Source: Pocillopora damicornis
Lineage: Eukaryota
DNA length: 64,000 bases
NCBI RefSeq assembly: GCF_003704095.1
Contig: NW_020844672.1
Coordinates: 186,001 to 250,000 of the forward strand
Direction: 5' to 3'
The notes below the pieces were generated by a model that was not told the origin of the DNA, did not search any database, and saw only the letters and a program-made list of their open reading frames with translations. This document shows positions 56,269-64,000 of this stretch, piece after piece (within the stretch, counting starts at the first letter, position 1; each line of letters opens with the position of its first letter). The position numbers and the translations under genes are program-made.

Positions 56269-58798
56269 CTTAGCAAGTAACTTCTTGTTTCCTTCCCAAA
56301 ACATGGCACATTTCACGGGTAGAAGAACAGCTCCATGACATTGCACGCTCAGAGCATCACCACAGAGCTCGTAGTCTGACCACCGCGTATCAGACAAGTT
56401 TAGCTCTGGGTCAGGCAGCAGTTCCCCTCTCCAAGACTGAATCATTTCCTCCAACGTTTGCAACTGCAGTTTCAAAATCTTATTGTAGCGCTTCTCTAGG
56501 ACATTCGCAGTCATCGATTGACTTCGGATACGTAAAGCTGGGGGTTTCTGTCGGTCTAAAGTTTGTGTTCTTAGACTTTGGGATCGTTCTCGCATGGGCT
56601 GTTCCGCTGGCTTTGTGTTTGGCGGCCTAGAGGGAAGTCTGGGGCGAGATCTGGAATCGCCCCTGTCCCCTGACCCGTTGATGAGGGTTGGGGAAACGAC
56701 CCGTACGGGACGCTTCGGGAGATCTGGTTTGCCAACCGCAAAAGTGTTTGAGCCATCGGAATTTTCACTTGGGAAATGAACCTGCCGGGATCTAGGAATG
56801 GCTGGTAGTGGTCCAAGTAATTCTTGCTCCACTCTTGATAGAGCTTCAGCGAGGATTTCAGCATCAGTCAAATTGGCCAACGCTGTCTCTACTTTGATTG
56901 TAAGCTCATCTTCATTGGGTTGCAGATAGGTTGGTTCTTCCTCTTGCTGGTTGGTACCTTGACCTGGCGTCGGCTCGTTGTGCTGCAATGGTTTGACAAC
57001 TTTGGCCACGCGAGGAGGCTTTTTTGGACGCTCCAGGGTGTCTCCTCCCTTTGACAAAGGAAAGTTCTGGTAGCCAATCCCTGGCTTGGTCTGCATAATG
57101 GGAGAACTTTTCTTGCCGTATCTTTCCTCAATGGCTGGTGATTCCACAGTGGAGGGAGGAGTGGTAGATGAAGCATGTTCAGCTGTAGCAGGTGGGAGTA
57201 CCGATTCAGCGGAAGGGGCAATAGCTTCTGCAGGCTGAACCTGATCTGGCTCTGACGCCCTGGTCTTCTCGGTTTGTAGAGGCTTCACTTCGGAAAAGGT
57301 CCGACGCCGCACTGCCTCTTTCTGCTCCAAAAAGCCTGGCACCTCATCATTCACTGCAATAGGAGCACTAATCTCTATGGTCTTACTGTGTCTGTGTTTC
57401 CTTTTGCCCCCCAGTTTTTTCATGCTGGCAAAAGCCCTTCTGATCGTCGATTTCGGAGACGACATTTTTGCAGGGTTCGTATCCGTGTCGGCACCATGTG
57501 GTTCAGTGAAGCTGGATGATCTACTTGGCTTAGACTTTGACTGAGATTTTGATTGAGATGGACTGGGGCTTGGTGATGAGACTGACTGAGTTTTTTGTGG
57601 AGATGGACTGAGAGTTGGAGATGACACTTGCTGAGATTTTGTTTGAGAAGGACTAGGACTAGCTGACTTCACAGGCGTCACAGGTTGGGACAAAGGTGAC
57701 TTTGGCGGTGGAGGACTGGAAGCTACCAAAAACAACAAATATTGTAAATCACAACCAACTAATAAGCATAAAAAAGATGTGAGTTCAAGGATGTTCATAC
57801 TGTAATATATAAATTAGTTCTGCCTCGTCAAACTCTGTATAAATTAGACGTTGGCCCCAATAGAGAACTGGTCGATTAGAAGGAAGAATTTTCCTACAGC
57901 CAAGAGAATGTTTGACTGGGCAAATTTCTCCAATTTGTTATCAAGAGGGGCACTTTCACGGAGTCGAAGGGCATAGAATCTTTATATTGTACTTCTATGA
58001 CTTCTTCCTATAAACCTCTAACCAGGCATTACCACTGGATCCCACAGGGAACTCCCAGAATCCTTGCCTGGCACACCTTCCCCTGTGCTAAATTATATCA
58101 TTTCAACATCCTGCATCCTTCAACGTTGAGTGCATTATGAGCTTGGGGGTTACCAAGAAGCTTAAAACACACATTCCTTCCCATGTAGGCAATCATAAGA
58201 TGCACAATGAAGTAGCTACTGCTACTAGAGAAAGCAGCAATAAGGCAATAAATTCACCTTTTTGTGCTTCAGTGAAACTTATTCAAAGGAATATAACACC
58301 CTGGGCAATGACCCTGGGCAATAAATAGCGGAACTTATATCAAAAGTGCAATAGTAGTTATATGCAGAGAAATTAAATTTGCATCAAAATGTCACCTTGA
58401 GAAGTGAATCCTGCTGACTGTTTCAAAGGGGTTGGGTATTTGTTAATAATAACTACTTGGTGTCATGGTAATACTCTATCTCATCATTCTACAGTATGTT
58501 TATGCAACAAGCTTACCACAAGGGGGAGGTGGTGGGGCACTTCTTTTGGGTTTTACAGGCCCATCCTGTAGCCCCCCTACTGCCACACCTTGCTTGCTGA
58601 CAGGACTTACAGGACTAACAGGACTCAAAGGTGCACTTTTAGGTGGATTCTCTGGGCTCCTATGCTCCCCAATGTCCTTCACAGGGGGTGGGGAAGAGGC
58701 AGGACTTGTCAGAGCCTGATTTGGTTTTGTAAATGATGGCCTCCTTTCAAGAGGGGGTGGGTCTGGAGGTGGGTTGGTGGGTAGGGGTGATATTGAAA
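56269..58798 (-). CDS. PEAK1/pragmin-like exons 2 (58798-58517) and 3 (57722-56269), inverted relative to exon 1
   Basis: Both have phase-1 acceptors and are Pro/Ser-rich. Exon 3 ends with YNKILKLQLQTLEEM...LNLSDTRWSDYELCGD...HGAVLLPV...LLAK|gtcagt, resembling the SHED helix and start of the PEAK pseudokinase domain. Confidence 0.75.
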
Positions 58799-59171
58799 CT
58801 AAAACAAAAATAAAATAAAATCAACAAATGTTAATGTAAATGTAAGCAAAGCTTAATCTATAAACTATAAAGAAAAAAAACATGGTGAAAACAAAATCAA
58901 ATATGAATAACACAAGATAGCAAACATAACAAAATGAATTTAACCAATAATATTACATTTGCTTTTTCACTTCATGTCATGCAGTGTGTTAAGCTCTTAG
59001 TACCCCTGGATTTAATCTTTTATGTTATTCNNNNNNNNNNATAACACAATTTTTACTTTAAAATTGTCTTTATTTCTTTACTGTATTTTGTGGAACATTA
59101 CTCCTTCACTTAAAATGAGATGATGGAATGAAATAATATTTCTAACTTAATATTCAACTCTCAGAAAGTGA

Positions 59172-59532
59172 TTAACCCTTAACACCCTAGCATAAGTGTG
59201 AATATTCTCTACACTGTTCTTCATACATTTCCTATGGTGCTGACANNNNNNNNNNNNNNNNNNNNNNNNNNNNNNNNNNNNNNNNNNNNNNNNNNNNNNN
59301 NNNNNNNNNNNNNNNNNNNNNNNNNNNNNNNNNNNNNNNNNNNNNNNNNNNNNNNNNNNNNNNNNNNNNNNNNNNNNNNNNNNNNNNNNNNNNNNNNNNN
59401 NNNNNNNNNNNNNNNNNNNNNNNNNNNNNNNNNNNNNNNNNNNNNNNNATTCTCATGACCTTAATGTTTGATTCAGGAGTGGTATTGTGGGGAGAATTAA
59501 ATGCTAGTCACTCTTAGGGGTTAAAGGGTTAA
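59172..59532. repeat. ttaaccct...agggttaa MITE-like family copy, gapped
   Basis: ttaacccttaacaccctag ... taggggttaaagggttaa inverted ends. Confidence 0.6.
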
Positions 59533-59824
59533 CAAATATAAAAATTTGTTCAACACCAAAAGAAAAGTATAGAGAAGAGTATGAAGAATATGAATACTGA
59601 TGTCAGGGTTAATTTAGTTGTGGGAATTGGTTCCCTNNNNNNNNNNNNNNNNNNNNNNNNNNNNNNNNNNNNNNNNNNNNNNNNNNNNNNNNNNNNNNNN
59701 NNNNNNNNNNNNNNNNNNNNNNNNNNNNNNNNNNNNNNNNNNNNNNNNNNNNNNNNNNNNNNNNNNNNNNNNNNNNNNNNNNNNNNNNNNNNNNNNNNNN
59801 NNNNNNNNNNNNNNNNNNNNNNNN

Positions 59825-60188
59825 ATTTCTCGCCATGGCCTATGGACTAAATGCTGCCACTGGAAAATATTTTTGCATATGGTGCTACTGCACAAAAGCA
59901 AAAATTTGTGATTTCTCAAGTAAGTCTGCATCTAATATACTCAATTATGGTTTANNNNNNNNNNTTTGTAGGCAATATAAATACAAAATGCAATGTTTAT
60001 TTGGCATTTTCCTCATCTTATTCTGCTTTTTAATTTTTTTTTAGTACACGACTGGCCAATTGAGAGGAATCTTCAACAATGTATGAAGAACAGCGCAGAA
60101 AAAACCACTGATGGAAGGAAAGGCTCAATTCATAAGCCATTAATCTCAATTCCATTCACCCAAGTTATTGTCGACACTCTTCATCTTT
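59825..60188 (+). mobile_element. Intron-containing DDE transposase fragment (Chapaev/Transib-RAG1-like catalytic region)
   Basis: FLAMAYGLNAATGKYFCIWCYCTK...DFS|IHDWPIER...KGSIHKPLISIPFTQVIVDTLHL, joined across a GT-AG intron at 59920-60044; N-gaps on both sides. Confidence 0.6.
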
Positions 60189-63137
60189 NNNNNNNNNNNN
60201 NNNNNNNNNNNNNNNNNNNNNNNNNNNNNNNNNNNNNNNNNNNNNNNNNNNNNNNNNNNNNNNNNNNNNNNNNNNNNNNNNNNNNNNNNNNNNNNNNNNN
60301 NNNNNNNNNNNNNNNNNNNNNNNNNNNNNNNNNNNNNNNNNNNNNNNNNNNNNNNNNNNNNNNNNNNNNNNNNNNNNNNNNNNNNNNNNNNNNNNNNNNN
60401 NNNNNNNNNNNNNNNNNNNNNNNNNNNNNNNNNNNNNNNCCATACAATTAACATTAAACTGTGTGAAACCAAACAAAATCTAAAACAAAAAACAAAAACA
60501 AGCAAAAAACCATTGTGACATATACTGTATCTCTAAATCTGCATTACAGGTAATTGNNNNNNNNNNNNNNNNNNNNNNNNNNNNNNNNNNNNNNNNNNNN
60601 NNNNNNNNNNNNNNNNNNNNNNNNNNNNNNNNNNNNNNNNNNNNNNNNNNNNNNNNAATACGAAGAGCCTAATGACGGTGCGTGTGTCCGCCATTAGACC
60701 CCAGTCCCCAATCCCCTATTTCAAGAATATTGGAAATTTGGAAAATTGTCGCGTCGAAAGAAGAGTTTGGGAGCAAATGACGTTTTTGGACGATCTTGAT
60801 GAAACTCATTGGGGACCGAGATGATCTTCATAGAGCACTCGAAGGGACTCATACAGGACAATAAAAATTGATAATCCCACAGTGTNNNNNNNNNNNNNNN
60901 NNNNNNNNNNNNNNNNNNNNNNNNNNNNNNNNNNNNNNNNNNNNNNNNNNNNNNNNNNNNNNNNNNNNNNNNNNNNNNNNNNNNNNNNNNNNNNNNNNNN
61001 NNNNNNNNNNNNNNNNNNNNNNNNNNNNNNNNNNNNNNNNNNNNNNNNNNNNNNNNNNNNNNNNNNNNNNNNNNNNNNNNNNNNNNNNNNNNNNNNNNNN
61101 NNNNNNNNNNNNNNNNNNNNNNNNNNNNNNNNNNNNNNNNNNNNNNNNNNNNNNNNNNNNNNNNNNNNNNNNNNNNNNNGTCATTCTGATTAAAGGAATA
61201 GGAAAGTTATTTATTTCAGTCTGCTTAACTATTACAGTTTTTTTTTTGGTAAAATGTTGTGANNNNNNNNNNTAGGTGCACTTAGTCTTAAGACAGAAGG
61301 GGTGATACAAGAAAAAGAACCGGTTCATGCGTGCCAAGAGGGTAAATATTTTTCGAAAGCATAAAAATTAAGCATAACTCCTAACTCCAAAATTTGAAAA
61401 ATGTTTATCACATTTCTCTTCCGTAACATTTTTTATTTAAAAGTGAAATTTTAAGGTAAAACAGCTNNNNNNNNNNATGCACTAGCGTCTGTCAAGAAAT
61501 AAAGCTAATGTTAAGAAAGTCGTACGGATGAACGCGCATTCGAAGTTTGAAATAGTCCTCGATTTGAAATCGAGGCTCTATTCACTCTTTCTCCCACACT
61601 ATTCACTCTTTCTCCCAAGAGTCTTTTTGTTGTGGTGGTCACCTTTTGGTTTCCTAAANNNNNNNNNNNNNNNNNNNNNNNGCGTAAATATTTTACCAGA
61701 TACTACAGCAAAAATATCTTTGAAACATTTTCCACTCGGAATCTACAGTGCAATCAGTCGCACTGTTGTGCAAAGGGTACCAGTAAGAGCAAGAGATCTG
61801 NNNNNNNNNNACTTGTAGAGACTGGAAAAGGTGAGAAGAATTTTACAACCGCTTACCGGGGTTGTGAATATCCTATACGTCTTTGTCGGTGAAAATTAGT
61901 CGTNNNNNNNNNNCTCTGTGTTTGCCTTTTCATTATCGCTGTGTGGTTTTATAGAACTTGAAAGTTTTCAGCAGAACTCATACAGGTTCACAATGTTGTN
62001 NNNNNNNNNNNNNNNNNNNNNNNNNNNNNNNNNNNNNNNNNNNNNNNNNNNNNNNNNNNNNNNNNNNNNNNNNNNNNNNNNNNNNNNNNNNNNNNNNNNN
62101 NNNNNNNNNNNNNNNNNNNNNNNNNNNNNNNNNNNNNNNNNNNNNNNNNNNNNNNNNNNNNNNNNNNNNNNNNNNNNNNNNNNNNNNNNNNNNNNNNNNN
62201 NNNNNNNNNNNNNNNNNNNNNNNNNNNNNNNNNNNNNNNNNNNNNNNNNNNNNNNNNNNNNNNNNNNNNNNNNNNNNNNNNNNNNNNNNNNNNNNNNNNN
62301 NNNNNNNNNNNNNNNNNNNNNNNNNNNNNNNNNNNNNNNNNNNNNNNNNNNNNNNNNNNNNNNNNNNNNNNNNNNNNNTAGTAATTCTACTTCGTTCCAA
62401 ATTTGCAAATGAACCAAGTACACCCACGTCGTGTTGATCCATTGATGATAACGTATTGTTTTCCAATTTTTAAAAAAATAAAAAAACTTCGAGAGCCTTT
62501 TAAGTCAATAAGAATTTTCGTTATTATTATTGTCTCGTTCGTTGGAATAATATCTATACTTCTTTTGTGTTTCCTTTNNNNNNNNNNNNNNNNNNNNNNN
62601 NNNNNNNNNNNNNNNNNNNNNNNNNNNNNNNNNNNNNNNNNNNNNNNNNNNNNNNNNNNNNNNNNNNNNNNNNNNNNNNNNNNNNNNNNNNNNNNNNNNN
62701 NNNNNNNNNNNNNNNNNNNNNNNNNNNNNNNNNNNNNNNNNNNNNNNNNNNNNNNNNNNNNNNNNNNNNNNNNNNNNNNNNNNNNNCCCCCCCCCCCCCC
62801 CCCCCCACTCCCGTCAGGCGAGAGTAATGACCGGTCTCTAATTATGATTTTAAGGTGTGATCATTATGGGAGCAATTGAGTTTTCTCTTCGAACCCTAAA
62901 GTCAACGTTTGAGGTCATAGCTTGCTCTTTAAATCATATAAAGACTGCTGTCTAGCAACGAATCTAAAAGGATAGACTCTACCGCGCCCATTCTGATAAA
63001 CACCGATATCAACAGCAATCAGAAATAATTATTGAAGGCTTTATCAGTTTCCCACGTTTTAGCACTCAGAGTTAAAGAAGATGATACAAACTTGAGAAAG
63101 GAAGCAATGTTAAAATTCATGTTTTCCTTTCTTTTAG

Positions 63138-64000
63138 GAACCACCTGCCTAACAATGTTGACTGCCTGGCTCAAATTAATGCTATCTGTTGAAAGGTCCA
63201 AGCCGCTGACCAAAACAGAACGCTTTACCCAGTGGTCATCTTTACTATACGTCGTTGTGGGCACATCTATGCTTTTTATACCATCCTTGTGGGGATTTTT
63301 GTACAAAGTCGTGCTCCTTGGCCGAAGTACAGGCTACATTCAGCTTGGAGGGCTTGCTTTCGTTGTCGAGGGATATTTGCTAGTGATAGCCTCAAAATCT
63401 GAGCATAAGTCCCAGGCCATGGCCATATTAACATAACTGTGCTCACAAGACTGATCCTTGTCAACATGTCCTTAACAATCCTGTACTTGAAGGGAACAGC
63501 TCCAGTGCGTTGCATTGCGTTTATTGCAGCCCTCGACAATTCCTTGGCTGTTGGTGTTTTTTTGGTTTGGATTTCCACTGAAGAGGGTGCAACCTTGAGT
63601 TTGTTTTTCAAGGAGATATTTGGTCTTCTATTACGATTTCCCGTCGGTCCTTGTTCTTGTATCGCGGTTCTCTTGTTAGGAATTGTGCAGTTTCCAGCAG
63701 GTCTTTACTTGAAAGACGTAACCCGTTTAAGTCACGCACTCAGCTTGGATCCGTTCTTAGGTTATTCAGGGCTTTTCCTGAGTTTTTACTTCAGCCTGAA
63801 TGCGGCGCATACAGTACTGTATATCTCCAATGGTCAAGCAGTGAGCACAACGTTCAACAAGGGCTGTGTTTTTTATCGCGTGGCAATCAATATTTTAGTG
63901 CTTTTTGTTTTAGGCGCTGCGAATCGGATTGAAACAAGTCTATCCGTTTTCCTGATCAGTGTGGAAATAATCCTCGCTGCATTTATCTTGGTGTCTTTGT
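63138..64000 (+). CDS. Polytopic membrane protein with two similar ~4-TM units, one frameshift near 63430, running off the window end
   Basis: Acceptor ttttcctttcttttag|63138. Frame A (YVVVGTSMLFIPSLW...GYIQLGGLAFVVEGYLLVIASKS) stops at 63436; frame B is open from ~63421 to 64000 (ITVLTRLILVN...IAALDNSLAVGVFLVW...CVFYRVAINILVLFVLG...VEIILAAFILVSL). Confidence 0.6.

Noticed and set aside
59198-62879. Numerous X-filled ORFs (also 12764-13114)
   Set aside because: Artefacts of translating through N-gaps.
63019-63611. Minus-strand ORFs 63019-63306 and 63276-63611
   Set aside because: Antisense shadows of the longer hydrophobic + strand reading frames.

Overview
This is intron-rich, AT-rich animal genomic DNA from a draft assembly with N-gaps. 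The gene set and repeat families suggest a cnidarian, probably a scleractinian coral (inference). I reconstructed these spliced genes by hand, with consistent splice phases: an LRRC74-like LRR/EF-hand gene, RPL4 (5'TOP start and a U12-type intron), a secreted fibrinogen-related lectin, a HINT2-like hydrolase and SELENBP1/methanethiol oxidase. A PEAK1/pragmin-like scaffold has its first exon on + and its next two exons on -, across a 100-N gap. Intronless genes include a divergent pair of stand-alone PKA-RII dimerisation/docking (RIIa) microproteins that share a C-terminal DWNG-[LQ]-V motif, and a DUF1772/anthrone-oxygenase-like cluster (two intact copies, one pseudogene). Two ORFs that run off the window edges are missing or truncated in the supplied track: an unknown protein on - at 1-420 and a frameshifted polytopic membrane protein on + at 63138-64000. 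Repeats include LINE RT and DNA-transposase remnants, MITEs, tRNA-derived repeats, Penelope-type ends with minimal hammerhead cores, and two minisatellites. The best candidates for something new are the RIIa microprotein pair, the DUF1772 cluster and the split-strand PEAK1-like gene, though the last is most likely a scaffolding inversion.
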